Below are positions 1-12,263 of a stretch of DNA of 64,000 nt, in pieces; position 1 is the stretch's first letter, and every line of letters starts with the position of its first letter. Source of the stretch: TPA_inf: Saccharomyces (lineage: Eukaryota); NCBI GenBank assembly GCA_000146045.2, contig BK006938.2, forward strand, positions 1,184,001 to 1,248,000, given 5' to 3'. The translations under genes and the position numbers were made by a program. Below the pieces are notes generated by a model that saw only the letters and a list, made by a program, of their open reading frames with translations, was not told the DNA's origin and did no database searches.

Positions 1-258
1 GAAGAAACCGATTTGCCAGTCAGCGGTTTATTTTATGCAATTGGCCACACTCCAGCAACAAAGATTGTCGCTGGCCAAGTCGACACTGATGAAGCGGGCT
101 ACATTAAAACTGTCCCAGGCAGCTCATTAACCTCCGTTCCAGGATTTTTCGCTGCTGGTGATGTTCAGGATTCTAAATACAGACAAGCTATTACTTCTGC
201 TGGCTCTGGTTGTATGGCCGCTTTGGATGCTGAGAAATACTTAACTTCCCTAGAATAG
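1..258 (+). CDS. TRR1: Thioredoxin reductase, C-terminal fragment (gene begins upstream of window); stop TAG at 256-258
   Basis: Reading frame is open from nt 1. The translation ...[35 protein letters not shown] matches the yeast Trr1 C-terminus. The 'M' at 13 in the ORF track is a TTG, not a real start. Confidence 0.85.
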   Translation, partial: EETDLPVSGLFYAIGHTPATKIVAGQVDTDEAGYIKTVPGSSLTSVPGFFAAGDVQDSKYRQAITSAGSGCMAALDAEKYLTSLE

Positions 259-581
259 ATGAATTTTCCATTATAAAATAGATACACTCAAATTTTTGTA
301 TACTTATCCAACAAATCGTTACTTTCTCCTTTTCTTTAATAAAAAGCAAACCATGAATTTTATTTCTTTTCCCCATTATTAGAGAAAGCCAATACATAAT
401 CTACATATATTGCGTGTCTGAATTAAACTTTTTAGACACATGACATAGGCCATCGGCTTACTTTGTAACGCGTGGTTGCCTATACACCGACTATTAAGTT
501 ATGACTAATATTATTGCTGCGCTTCCCCACCTGCATTTTTCTTGTCGTCTTTGCCAAAAGGAAAAAAAAACCTACGCAGAT

Positions 582-587
582 TGACTC
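582..587 (+). promoter_or_regulatory. Gcn4 response element (TGACTC) in TRP4 promoter; a second TGACTAA lies at 502-508
   Basis: Exact TGACTC about 160 bp upstream of the TRP4 ATG. TRP4 is a classical general-amino-acid-control target. Confidence 0.5.
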
Positions 588-746
588 TCTAAAAAATGAT
601 TCATGACCAGACAATTCAGTAAACATAAACTCTGTTGCATTCATTCTTCTGGAAAACTTTATAATAAAGCATCTGATATTACAGCTACTGACAACTAAGT
701 GAATTTAAACTGCAATAATCACAAGAAAACTTAGTATTCCCTTATC

Positions 747-1889
747 ATGTCCGAGGCGACTTTGCTATCTTACACCAAGAAATTATTGGCTTCTCCGCCG
801 CAATTGAGTAGCACAGACCTACACGATGCGTTGCTGGTTATATTAAGTCTTTTGCAAAAATGTGATACAAATAGCGATGAGAGTCTTTCCATCTATACCA
901 AAGTTTCGAGTTTTCTCACGGCCTTGAGAGTTACTAAACTTGATCACAAGGCTGAATACATTGCGGAAGCTGCAAAGGCTGTGCTCAGACATTCCGACCT
1001 TGTTGATCTACCTTTACCCAAGAAGGACGAATTACACCCGGAAGATGGACCAGTAATCTTAGATATTGTAGGTACTGGTGGTGACGGACAGAATACTTTT
1101 AATGTTTCCACGTCTGCTGCTATCGTTGCCTCCGGAATTCAGGGCCTAAAAATTTGTAAGCACGGTGGTAAAGCTTCTACATCCAATAGTGGAGCTGGTG
1201 ACCTAATTGGAACTTTAGGCTGTGACATGTTCAAGGTTAATTCATCGACAGTGCCCAAACTTTGGCCTGATAATACGTTCATGTTTCTACTTGCTCCTTT
1301 TTTTCATCATGGAATGGGCCACGTTTCTAAGATACGCAAATTTCTTGGAATTCCGACTGTTTTCAACGTACTGGGACCACTTCTACATCCAGTTAGCCAC
1401 GTAAACAAGAGAATATTGGGCGTTTACTCAAAGGAACTTGCGCCTGAATATGCCAAGGCAGCCGCTTTGGTATATCCAGGAAGCGAAACTTTTATAGTTT
1501 GGGGACATGTTGGGTTAGACGAAGTATCACCTATAGGCAAAACTACTGTCTGGCATATTGATCCGACATCGTCCGAACTTAAATTGAAGACCTTCCAATT
1601 AGAACCTTCTATGTTTGGTTTAGAAGAACACGAGTTGTCGAAGTGTGCTTCATACGGCCCTAAAGAGAATGCGAGAATTCTAAAAGAAGAAGTCTTGTCC
1701 GGCAAGTACCACCTTGGCGACAATAATCCTATTTATGACTACATCTTGATGAACACCGCCGTGTTATATTGTTTAAGCCAAGGTCACCAGAACTGGAAGG
1801 AAGGGATCATTAAGGCAGAAGAAAGCATACATTCTGGTAATGCATTACGTTCTTTAGAACACTTTATAGATAGTGTGAGCTCCTTGTAG
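747..1889 (+). CDS. TRP4: Anthranilate phosphoribosyltransferase (380 aa)
   Basis: 380-aa ORF with a glycine-rich PRTase motif (VGTGGDGQNTFNVST). Length and sequence match yeast Trp4. Confidence 0.93.
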   Translation: MSEATLLSYTKKLLASPPQLSSTDLHDALLVILSLLQKCDTNSDESLSIYTKVSSFLTALRVTKLDHKAEYIAEAAKAVLRHSDLVDLPLPKKDELHPEDGPVILDIVGTGGDGQNTFNVSTSAAIVASGIQGLKICKHGGKASTSNSGAGDLIGTLGCDMFKVNSSTVPKLWPDNTFMFLLAPFFHHGMGHVSKIRKFLGIPTVFNVLGPLLHPVSHVNKRILGVYSKELAPEYAKAAALVYPGSETFIVWGHVGLDEVSPIGKTTVWHIDPTSSELKLKTFQLEPSMFGLEEHELSKCASYGPKENARILKEEVLSGKYHLGDNNPIYDYILMNTAVLYCLSQGHQNWKEGIIKAEESIHSGNALRSLEHFIDSVSSL

Positions 1890-2106
1890 ACATTATTTCA
1901 TATGTTATACTTAAACTAGATAGAGACGTTTTATTTGTACTAAGCTGAACATTACCCTAATTACGCGTTATAAGTTTTAATCCTTCATTTTGAAGGAAAA
2001 CAAATAAACAAAAAGTTGATGTGGAACAAATACAATGTGCGCGGATATCTTAAGCAACTTCGTTAGTTACAGTCCACACAAAGCGAAAAAGGGCTGATAA
2101 ACACTC

Positions 2107-4941
2107 ATGGACGAAGCGTCACATCTCCCAAATGGGAGCTTGAAGAACATGGAATTTACGCCTGTAGGATTTATCAAATCCAAGCGAAACACCACGCAAA
2201 CACAAGTTGTATCGCCTACTAAGGTTCCAAATGCCAATAATGGTGATGAGAACGAAGGCCCTGTTAAGAAAAGGCAGAGAAGAAGCATTGATGATACAAT
2301 TGACTCCACAAGGCTATTTAGTGAAGCTTCACAATTCGATGACAGCTTTCCAGAAATTAAGGCTAACATTCCGCCTAGTCCAAGGTCAGGCAATGTTGAC
2401 AAAAGTCGCAAGAGAAATTTGATTGATGATTTGAAGAAAGATGTGCCAATGTCTCAGCCCTTGAAAGAACAAGAAGTAAGAGAACACCAAATGAAGAAAG
2501 AGCGATTTGACCGTGCTTTAGAGAGTAAATTACTAGGAAAAAGACACATAACATACGCAAATTCTGATATTTCTAATAAGGAACTTTACATTAATGAAAT
2601 CAAGAGTTTGAAGCATGAAATCAAAGAATTAAGAAAGGAAAAAAACGATACTCTCAATAATTATGATACCCTTGAAGAAGAAACAGATGACTTGAAGAAC
2701 AGATTACAAGCGCTGGAAAAAGAGCTGGACGCCAAAAATAAAATTGTGAATTCAAGAAAAGTAGATGATCATTCTGGATGCATAGAAGAACGTGAACAAA
2801 TGGAAAGAAAGTTGGCTGAATTAGAAAGAAAACTGAAAACTGTGAAAGACCAAGTGCTAGAATTAGAGAATAATAGTGACGTACAAAGTTTAAAATTGAG
2901 ATCTAAGGAGGATGAATTGAAGAATTTAATGAATGAGTTGAATGAATTGAAGAGCAATGCAGAAGAAAAGGATACACAGTTGGAATTCAAGAAAAATGAA
3001 CTGAGGAAACGAACAAATGAATTAAATGAGTTGAAAATCAAGTCTGATGAGATGGATTTACAACTAAAACAAAAACAAAATGAATCAAAAAGATTAAAAG
3101 ATGAATTAAATGAGCTTGAAACCAAATTCAGCGAAAATGGTTCTCAGTCTTCTGCAAAAGAAAATGAATTGAAAATGCTGAAAAATAAAATAGCCGAGCT
3201 AGAGGAAGAGATTAGCACGAAAAATTCACAGTTAATCGCAAAAGAAGGTAAGTTAGCATCATTAATGGCTCAGCTAACTCAATTGGAGAGTAAACTTAAT
3301 CAAAGAGACTCCCAGTTGGGCTCAAGGGAAGAAGAATTGAAAAAAACAAACGATAAGCTACAAAAAGATATCAGGATAGCAAGAGAGGAAACAGTTTCAA
3401 AGGATGAACGGATAATTGATCTTCAAAAAAAGGTTAAACAGCTAGAAAATGACTTATTTGTGATAAAAAAAACGCACAGTGAGTCTAAAACTATTACTGA
3501 TAATGAACTAGAATCTAAAGATAAACTTATTAAAATTTTAGAAAACGATTTAAAGGTTGCACAAGAGAAGTACTCTAAAATGGAAAAAGAGCTCAAAGAA
3601 AGGGAATTTAACTATAAAATTTCCGAATCAAAGTTGGAAGATGAAAAGACCACGCTAAATGAAAAAATTTCTAACTTAGCCGCAGAAAACTCACAGCTAA
3701 AAAATAAAATAGAGGACAATTCGACTGCCACTCACCATATGAAAGAAAACTATGAGAAGCAGTTAGAATCGCTAAGGAAAGATATTGAAGAGTACAAAGA
3801 AAGCGCAAAAGATTCTGAAGACAAAATTGAGGAACTAAAAATTAGGATTGCTGAAAATTCTGCTAAAGTATCGGAGAAAAGATCAAAGGATATAAAACAA
3901 AAAGATGAACAGATCAGCGACCTCACTCAGAATCTAAAACTACAAGAAGATGAGATAAGCTCATTAAAATCCATAATTGACAGGTACAAAAAAGATTTCA
4001 ATCAATTGAAATCTGAACAGAGTAATATCCAACATGACCTAAATTTACAAATACTAAATCTGGAAAATAAGTTAATAGAGAGCGAGGATGAATTAAAGTC
4101 ACTAAGAGATTCTCAAAAAATTGAAATAGAAAACTGGAAGAGAAAGTATAACAATCTTTCACTGGAAAATGACAGATTGTTGACAGAAAAAGAATCCGCA
4201 TCAGACAAAGAGCGCGAGATATCCATCTTGAACAGAAAACTTGATGAAATGGATAAAGAAAAATGGAACTTACAGGAATCTAAAGAAAAATATAAACGCG
4301 AACTACAGAAGGTGATTACTGCTAATGATCGTTTGAGAAGAGAGAAAGAGGAGTTGAATGAAAACAGCAATAATATTCGTATCATGGAAGACAAGATGAC
4401 TAGGATAAAAAAAAATTATTTGAGTGAAATCACTTCTTTACAAGAGGAAAATAGGAGACTTGAAGAACGCCTCATATTAAATGAGAGGCGTAAAGACAAT
4501 GATTCAACTATGCAATTAAATGACATCATAAGCTATTATAAATTGAAGTATCACTCAGAAGTAAGACACAACAACGATCTTAAGGTGATCAATGATTATT
4601 TAAACAAGGTTCTTGCTTTGGGGACCCGTCGTTTAAGATTGGACACAAGGAAAGGTGAGCACAGTCTAAACATTTCACTTCCAGACGATGATGAACTAGA
4701 TCGTGATTACTACAATAGCCATGTTTATACAAGGTATCATGACTATGAATACCCGCTTAGATTCAATTTAAACAGAAGAGGTCCCTATTTCGAACGCCGC
4801 TTAAGCTTCAAAACAGTTGCCCTTTTAGTGCTTGCTTGTGTGAGGATGAAAAGGATTGCTTTTTACAGGAGATCAGACGATAACAGATTGCGAATACTAA
4901 GAGATAGAATTGAGAGTAGCAGCGGGCGTATATCTTGGTAG
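2107..4941 (+). CDS. SPC110: Spindle pole body component, long coiled-coil protein with C-terminal calmodulin-binding region (944 aa)
   Basis: 944-aa ORF with about 700 aa of heptad-repeat coiled coil rich in E/K/L/N. It lies directly downstream of TRP4, as in chrIV. Confidence 0.93.
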
Positions 4942-5198
4942 TATCGCTTACTCTATCATCATATTTCTCGTATGTACATCGACTCCTACGCAGACTGATC
5001 TTCAAGCGAGCCACCGTGAATGTGGAAGCATAAACAGATGAGAAACCTTTTTGTTTCTGAGATCGTGACCTTAGATTGTAGTGTGCTAATCTCCCTAGTA
5101 TTGACTACTTTGCGTTTATTCATTTCTTTCTCCAATAGAAATACAGCATAAAACATACGTAGGGTATATCTATGTATGTGGTATATTTGTATTATAAG

Positions 5199-5582
<384 letters not shown>

Positions 5583-6058
5583 CTAACCTAGTTGAATATA
5601 CTGCTAATGAATGCTAAAATACACAAATTTCATGTAAAAAAACCCCGCGAATTTTGTGTTATGGTTAAAAAATAACTGTAACTGAAATTACCCAAATTGG
5701 AGAAAACTTGTTAAGTCCTTATTTTAGCTACTGTGGATGGCTCCCTCTGTGGAAATAGCAGCAATTTTGGCCATTTACCATGTTCTAGAAAACGGCTAAA
5801 AAACAAATAATGACCCCGAATATTTTAAATCGCAAAACCTAAAATAACCTGCTATTTAACTCAATAACCTATGACAGATTAGCAAAAAGCCCTAAAATTT
5901 ATAACTTAAAACCTAATGGTATTTTTAAAGGGGTGAATATTGCGCATAACCATTTCAAGTTAAAAACCCTTATATCATTATATAAAAAATATCTTAATAA
6001 AGAAGCAATTTGGGACAAGTCACTACTTCAAGTATAACCCAGACAAGAGTCTTTTAAA

Positions 6059-7732
6059 ATGCCACAAAGAATTGAGCTTACCTCCGAACCAGTCAGAAAA
6101 CCGCGGTCTACTGAGAGCTCACTACTCAGAAAGATACAAAGAGCGTGTAGATCCACATTGCCTGAACCAGATTTGGGCTTGAACTTAGATGTAGCTGACT
6201 ATATCAACTCAAAGCAAGGAGCAACCCCTAGAGAGGCTGTGTTAGCAATTGAAAAATTGGTCAATAATGGGGACACGCAAGCAGCTGTTTTTGCACTTTC
6301 ACTACTAGACGTGCTGGTAAAAAATTGTGGTTACTCTATACATTTGCAAATCTCCAGGAAGGAATTCTTAAATGATCTAGTGAAAAGATTTCCAGAGCAA
6401 CCACCATTGAGATATTCCAAGGTGCAACAAATGATTCTTGAAGCCATCGAGGAATGGTACCAAACCATCTGCAAACATGCCAGCTACAAAGATGATCTTC
6501 AATATATCAACGACATGCATAAATTACTGAAATACAAGGGTTATACTTTCCCAAAAGTTGGGAGTGAAAACTTGGCGGTGTTGAGACCGAATGACCAACT
6601 GAGGACACCTAGTGAGCTACAGGAAGAACAGGAAAGAGCTCAAGCTGCAAAACTAGAAGAGCTGCTAAGAAGCGGCAAGCCCGATGATTTGAAAGAAGCT
6701 AATAAACTGATGAAAATTATGGCGGGATTTAAGGATGACACTAAAGTAGCAGTCAAACAAGCAATTAACAATGAACTAAATAAACTCAAAAGAAAAGCTG
6801 ATTTATTCAACGAAATGTTGACTTCAGCCGATGAGCCTGATCTTGAAAATGAAGCTATTCAAGAATTGTATGGCGACTTAAAATCAGCGCAGCCGAAATT
6901 CAAAAAGCTTATTGAGGAAGAACGCGATGACGATGCGCTTGTTAGTAATCTATCAAAATTTAACGATCTAGTGATCCAATTGTTAAAAAGGTACAAGTCA
7001 ATAAAAGGTATGAAGGAAGAAGAACTAAATGTCCCCGATACGAATGAACCGGCAAAAGAGCTTAATTTGATAGATTTTGATGACGATACAACAGCAAACA
7101 CTCCATCTGTGACATCTCCAAGCAAATCTTTGCAACCTTTTGACGATCTTTTAGGGGATTTTAATAAGGTAAGTTTATCATCCCCAAAGTCTCCTCAAGA
7201 AAACGACACTGTTGTTGATATACTTGGTGACGCTCACTCAAAGTCATCTGGTATAGATTTATTAGATTTTGATTCGCAACCTGGAGAAAGTAAAACCGCT
7301 CTGTCCGCATATTCTAACTCGATTGTTCTACCTAATGGTTTACTAAATAGTTCAAGTAACTCCAAGGAAATCACAGCTCAATCGCAAAGACATATACTTA
7401 ACCAATCGGATCACTTACGCATTGATTACGAATTAACTCGTGAGTCGATGACAAAACTACGATTAGTTATCTTCTATTCAAACATAAGCAGTGATCCAAT
7501 AACTAATTTTGCACTTTTAGTGGCATCACCTAAAGGCACGACATTGTCTCTGCAACCGCAATCGGGCAATATGCTCCAAAGTAACTCCAGAGATGGTATC
7601 AAACAGATTGCTTCCGTAGAGGGTATATCTGTTAATTTAGGTAAGCCCATAAAATTGAAATGGAAGGCTAATTACTGCACCAAGGGTGATTCGAAGGAAG
7701 AATCGGGCACGACCAGTTTGCCCACAATATAA
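6059..7732 (+). CDS. GGA1: Golgi-localised gamma-adaptin-ear ARF-binding protein (VHS-GAT-GAE), 557 aa
   Basis: 557-aa ORF with an N-terminal VHS-like region. Sequence matches yeast Gga1. Confidence 0.9.
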   Translation: MPQRIELTSEPVRKPRSTESSLLRKIQRACRSTLPEPDLGLNLDVADYINSKQGATPREAVLAIEKLVNNGDTQAAVFALSLLDVLVKNCGYSIHLQISRKEFLNDLVKRFPEQPPLRYSKVQQMILEAIEEWYQTICKHASYKDDLQYINDMHKLLKYKGYTFPKVGSENLAVLRPNDQLRTPSELQEEQERAQAAKLEELLRSGKPDDLKEANKLMKIMAGFKDDTKVAVKQAINNELNKLKRKADLFNEMLTSADEPDLENEAIQELYGDLKSAQPKFKKLIEEERDDDALVSNLSKFNDLVIQLLKRYKSIKGMKEEELNVPDTNEPAKELNLIDFDDDTTANTPSVTSPSKSLQPFDDLLGDFNKVSLSSPKSPQENDTVVDILGDAHSKSSGIDLLDFDSQPGESKTALSAYSNSIVLPNGLLNSSSNSKEITAQSQRHILNQSDHLRIDYELTRESMTKLRLVIFYSNISSDPITNFALLVASPKGTTLSLQPQSGNMLQSNSRDGIKQIASVEGISVNLGKPIKLKWKANYCTKGDSKEESGTTSLPTI

Positions 7733-7935
7733 TCAAATTCGGTAGAGAAGTTGAAAAAAAAGTAGATGCCATATTATATTACAGAGAACAGAGTGTTACG
7801 CCAACATACTAAACCAGAGAAGTAAAACGTTTTACTTATATATAATAGTATTCGTAAATTTATAAAAATCAAAAAACCAATATAAGCCTGGTTAAAAAAA
7901 AAAAAAGATCAGTATCGTAAAGTCGTAAAGTTAGG

Positions 7936-10884
7936 TCATTGTTTTTGGAACCTTTGTAAAATCTCCTGTGGAGTTGGTGACTTTATCCTTGGAGCAGAAT
8001 TAATGTTAGAAATATTGGAAAGAGAAGATTGAGATGGAGATGATTTCGGTGGCGGAGCTTGAGACCCTGGTTGTAGTTGCTGCAGTTGCTGCACATGACT
8101 GGACTCCTCCTGTAACTGCTGCCTTTGCTGTTGAATCTGGTGCTGCTTTAGCTGTTGCTGTTGTTCTCTCAAGGTTCTATAATAGTTTTTTGCCGCCTTA
8201 AGGGCCATCTCAGGACCAATGTCTGGTTTTTGCTCCAACAACTTCCTCGAGTAACTTTCAATGATATCTTGCTCAGTATACTGTTTCTGGTTTGGTCTTG
8301 GAGCCGACGCTTGCCCATTTCTAGCCAAATTTGAAGAAGATTTGCCATTTGAAGGTATTGGACTTTGAGCTCGGGATGAATGTGCCTGCTGACTTTGCTG
8401 TTGCCTCTGTTGTAATCTATTTTTCACTGTTCTTCTCAATTGTATATCCCTTCTCAATGCCTCATCTCTTTGGGCTTTCAAAAGCGACATTTCTGCTGGG
8501 GTAGGGACCTTCATGTTTTTACAATCTAACGGTTTCCTTGGCTGGGTTGGATTGGGACGCGGCGTATTTTCTCTTTTTTTCATACATTTTCTAATCGCCT
8601 CAAACATGCTCGCCCAACGGAGTCTCCTATGACCTCTTTGTATGGATTCTGTATTTACACCTAAAGGCGATATTCTTCTATTCTGTCTCTGCTGAAATTT
8701 ATGGGCTTCAATCAACCACTGTTGAGCACTATGTGCTCTGGGACCCTTGAGGTCACTAAAATTGAATCGTTCATTTAATTGTACAAAACGCTCAAAACAC
8801 TGCCATGGCGTTCTACGTTCAATATTCGATAAATAAGAATATGTGAGGCGATGTGTCATATGTGCACTAATCAATTCCCAATTGTAGCCATATGTGTTAA
8901 TATTTTTGACCAGTTCCTGATCGTCCTCAGACAGCCATATAGTCGGTGTTCTATTTTGAAGATAGCGTAATGAAGGTACTGCTGGTGGTCTTAAATAATG
9001 ATTTCTTCTATTACCATAGAACATACCCCGCCTTTTGCTCAATTGTGATATTGATGGTTCTTCGTCAATCAATTGACGCTCAAGTAACTTATAAAATCCA
9101 TTATCATCCAGTGACACTACCGATTTGGAAATTGGAATAAATGGTAAAGAATCATCTTTTTTTGGCCGTTCTTCATTAATACCATTATACAGCGGTAAAT
9201 CCTGTATTAATGTTTTTTCAAAAGTATTGAGTTCGTCAACAAAGATTGAAAGTTTAAATGGGGGGGCTAGCTCTTTCTTTGATTCTTCGGTTTCGATCAA
9301 CGCTGATGATGCAGCTACTTCATGTTGTATTAAAACAACTTCGCTTGAGGAGGATGGCTTTTTTAGAAGTAACTTGGTGTCAATAGAAGATATAATTTGA
9401 TCGTGGGCACCTTCTTGAGATAACAAACCATCTGCAAAATCAAAATCACTCTTAGCTCCTGCTTCATTCTTTCCATTCTCATCATTATCGTTAGCAGCAG
9501 CACTTTCTTTTTCAGTAATATCGTCAACGTTCGCAATAATTCCAATGTCATCCTTACCGGCTATGCTAATATCGGAATCATTTCTTGAAGTATCCGATGG
9601 TCTACCGGACTTTTCAGATATGCGCCCGTCGTCAGATAATTTATTTTCCTTACCAGGTAGAAGTGTTTTACGTTTTACACAGCATATTTCCCCATAGGTC
9701 CAGTAGTCCTTGATTGCCTGTGCCATTGCTGTGCAGATAGCTACTTTATATTTGTGGCCCTCTTTAAAATCTGCTTGCATCCATTTAGCTTCTTCTAAAA
9801 GTATGTTTTGATGCGTATTGTGTTGTTTCCACGGATCGATGAATCTTTTAGGTTGTCTTAAAGACCATAATCCAAGTCTTCTTAGTTCTTCTATTCGCGA
9901 GCCAACAACAGTAATTCTGGCCTCGTTTAAGGCGTTGTTTATAATATTAGTGGTCAAAGCCTTGTGAGCTCTCGGTATTAGATTAATAAGAGGCAGAGTT
10001 TGTGACATGTACTTCAATTCTGCTAAGGGCAAAGCCTGGGGTATTTTCGATGGTATATAATCGTTCATTAATAAAAATACGGTCTCTAATGCGTCAACAT
10101 TGTTCTCGTTATAATGGTCTGATGTATCTATCTCTTTCGCCATAATGTTCTTTATCAACGGATCCTTGAATTTTACTGCAGGTTGCACCTCAGTGGGATC
10201 TGCTGGTGGGTACTCGATGTTCTCATAATAAGTGTAGTGTGCTAATGCATTAGGCACTGGGGGACGCGGCGAAATAGGTAATGAAGCCATTTCCGAATTA
10301 TTAGAAGATTCCAATGACTGAGATTGCATCTTCTGTCTTTTTTCATGTCGCTCTTCTTCACCTCCCATAGTTGACTCAAGTGGCCTTTTGTTCCACATAC
10401 CTCCTGTCTTTTCAGCTGGCCTCAAAGAATCCATCATATTTTCACGGATTGAATTATCGTGGCTTGGAACAAAATGACTCTCTGATTTGACTGATACATT
10501 TTCGCTATTTTCTGGCAGTTCCCTACTCATTTTAGAATCGGATAGCCTCTGGTTAGGTACATTTATTAAATTTACATCCTTCAATTTCTTTTTTGTTATG
10601 GGAGTCGCAGCTGTATGTAGGAGCTTCGGCAGTGACGCCTCGTCAAACCTTATACCCCTTCGTATATCGTTTTTCTTTAAAAATGCATCTATTTCCTTCC
10701 GAAGTTTGTTTTCATCTGTTAACTCTAGCAGCTGGTTCAAGCGGGATACGCAGTATAGTTCGGTCAGTTTTCTATCTCTTTCATCAATTAAGTCATCTGC
10801 CTTAGGAAATTTACTTCTATCACTGCTCTGGTCCTCACTGAGTGATGCTGAATTAGGCACTGCTGAACTTGGACGTGAGGACAT
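7936..10884 (-). CDS. EAF1: NuA4 histone acetyltransferase scaffold subunit (HSA/SANT), 982 aa
   Basis: 982-aa ORF with a Q-rich C-terminus and an HSA/SANT-like middle region. Matches Eaf1/Vid21. Confidence 0.9.
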   Translation of the reverse strand: MSSRPSSAVPNSASLSEDQSSDRSKFPKADDLIDERDRKLTELYCVSRLNQLLELTDENKLRKEIDAFLKKNDIRRGIRFDEASLPKLLHTAATPITKKKLKDVNLINVPNQRLSDSKMSRELPENSENVSVKSESHFVPSHDNSIRENMMDSLRPAEKTGGMWNKRPLESTMGGEEERHEKRQKMQSQSLESSNNSEMASLPISPRPPVPNALAHYTYYENIEYPPADPTEVQPAVKFKDPLIKNIMAKEIDTSDHYNENNVDALETVFLLMNDYIPSKIPQALPLAELKYMSQTLPLINLIPRAHKALTTNIINNALNEARITVVGSRIEELRRLGLWSLRQPKRFIDPWKQHNTHQNILLEEAKWMQADFKEGHKYKVAICTAMAQAIKDYWTYGEICCVKRKTLLPGKENKLSDDGRISEKSGRPSDTSRNDSDISIAGKDDIGIIANVDDITEKESAAANDNDENGKNEAGAKSDFDFADGLLSQEGAHDQIISSIDTKLLLKKPSSSSEVVLIQHEVAASSALIETEESKKELAPPFKLSIFVDELNTFEKTLIQDLPLYNGINEERPKKDDSLPFIPISKSVVSLDDNGFYKLLERQLIDEEPSISQLSKRRGMFYGNRRNHYLRPPAVPSLRYLQNRTPTIWLSEDDQELVKNINTYGYNWELISAHMTHRLTYSYLSNIERRTPWQCFERFVQLNERFNFSDLKGPRAHSAQQWLIEAHKFQQRQNRRISPLGVNTESIQRGHRRLRWASMFEAIRKCMKKRENTPRPNPTQPRKPLDCKNMKVPTPAEMSLLKAQRDEALRRDIQLRRTVKNRLQQRQQQSQQAHSSRAQSPIPSNGKSSSNLARNGQASAPRPNQKQYTEQDIIESYSRKLLEQKPDIGPEMALKAAKNYYRTLREQQQQLKQHQIQQQRQQLQEESSHVQQLQQLQPGSQAPPPKSSPSQSSLSNISNINSAPRIKSPTPQEILQRFQKQ

Positions 10885-11411
10885 CTTTGAGGCGGAAACT
10901 GTACTTTTGATTATGATGTCTCTAAATAATCTTTATATTCTATCTGTTCGGCGGCTAACGCCTACGGGTAATAGCCGGCCTTTGAAAATTTCGCGGCTGC
11001 AGCAAGTACGCAAAAATCCTTATCCCTTCTAACGGTTCGAAAGGGGGAAGAACCAGAAATTTTGTAGTTACGCCGCAAATACCTGTATGCCCCGGCTCAA
11101 AATGCTCAACACTTATATGCTGACTATGTTCTATAAGGCTCAGGGTGAATGACCTTTCTTGAATTACAATCTGATTTCACTTTGCACAATATATACTATG
11201 TATTTTTATTGGAGCACACGACATTAAAAAGATGATCGCCCAGAAAAATTTTCAGCGGTGGCGGATTAATTTTTACTGTCCTCGGCAGCCCAAAATTATC
11301 CGTGTAGGATGACATAAAGGCTCAATGGCCGCTGCTGCTTCGTCTGTTAATAATATACAAATTGCACTAACTGTGCAGGGCAGTGATCGCAACTATTTAC
11401 TTTTCGTAAAA

Positions 11412-12263
11412 TTACCAAGTGGAAATTTCTGTTTCCAATTCATCGATACTTTTGACAAGGCCTTCGTGATCAAGAATCATGTATGAGCTGATAACACCCT
11501 TTTTAGCTTCTGATTCGAAGTGAATCTTGGCATATTTTTCAAAAAATCGGTCCTCCTCATGAAAGTAGTCTACTTCATCGGCCTTCACCCTTTTTTTGGA
11601 TCTTTCGTCTTTGTTTTTATTCCTCTTACCAGAGTCGGTATCATCGTCAGTGTCAAAATTTACTTCATACTTCCTGGTGACGATGATATAGAAGTCATAA
11701 TGTTTGTCATCGCCAAGTGCCGTGGCAACATCCTCCAACGTAATCTTGTATAAAGGTGGAACGACTTCCGGTGGCATATTAATCAGCCTTTCACTGAGAA
11801 CCAAAGCACAATTTTTATTACCACTATCAATCATAGTTTTGAAGAAAGTGGAAAGTCTCATGTCCACTTTTTGTAAATATTTGACATAATCACTTAGATG
11901 ATTAGCTTTGAAATCAACGAATGAAAGAAAACAGTATGGATCAGATTCTTTGCCGTCTGTTTTAATTGTGGTGGTTGGGGAACCTAGGATCAAATCTGCC
12001 AAGCTGCTTAGTTGAATCCTGGTACTTTCTTGAGGACCAAATAACTGACGCAGTAAATTCTTTAAAGCATGAAAATCAACTTCTGGGTTACCACCGAAAA
12101 AATCGAAGTCAATATTTACGATCTCTTCTTCTCCATTTTGCTCTTCTTCATTTTCTGAATCGGTGCTACTAATGTCAATTTCAGACTCGTCACTGCCATT
12201 TTCTTCCTCCACATTTTTTCTCTTCCTATTTTTTAAATCATTTAATTTGATAGCTTGAACCAT
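11412..12263 (-). CDS. BCP1: BCP1 family nuclear export / PI4P5K-regulating protein, 283 aa
   Basis: 283-aa ORF with an acidic N-terminus. Matches yeast Bcp1. Confidence 0.88.
   Translation of the reverse strand: MVQAIKLNDLKNRKRKNVEEENGSDESEIDISSTDSENEEEQNGEEEIVNIDFDFFGGNPEVDFHALKNLLRQLFGPQESTRIQLSSLADLILGSPTTTIKTDGKESDPYCFLSFVDFKANHLSDYVKYLQKVDMRLSTFFKTMIDSGNKNCALVLSERLINMPPEVVPPLYKITLEDVATALGDDKHYDFYIIVTRKYEVNFDTDDDTDSGKRNKNKDERSKKRVKADEVDYFHEEDRFFEKYAKIHFESEAKKGVISSYMILDHEGLVKSIDELETEISTW

Noticed and set aside
2067-2411. 114-aa minus-strand ORF overlapping the SPC110 5' end (YDR355C-like)
   Set aside because: It is entirely antisense to a well-supported gene, with low-complexity composition and no independent promoter context. 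It is a typical dubious ORF.
2769-3125. 118-aa Ser/Phe-rich antisense ORF inside SPC110
   Set aside because: It is an artefact of reading GAA/AAG/TTG-rich coiled-coil codons on the opposite strand.
10487-11032. 181-aa plus-strand ORF overlapping the EAF1 start (YDR360W/OPI7-like)
   Set aside because: It overlaps the EAF1 N-terminal coding region antisense and has no domain or codon bias. It is treated as dubious.
11032-11412. GGTTCGAAAGG (B-box-like) at about 11035-11045 in the EAF1-BCP1 intergenic region
   Set aside because: It lacks the TCC or ACC 3' half of the B-box consensus and is probably a chance match.
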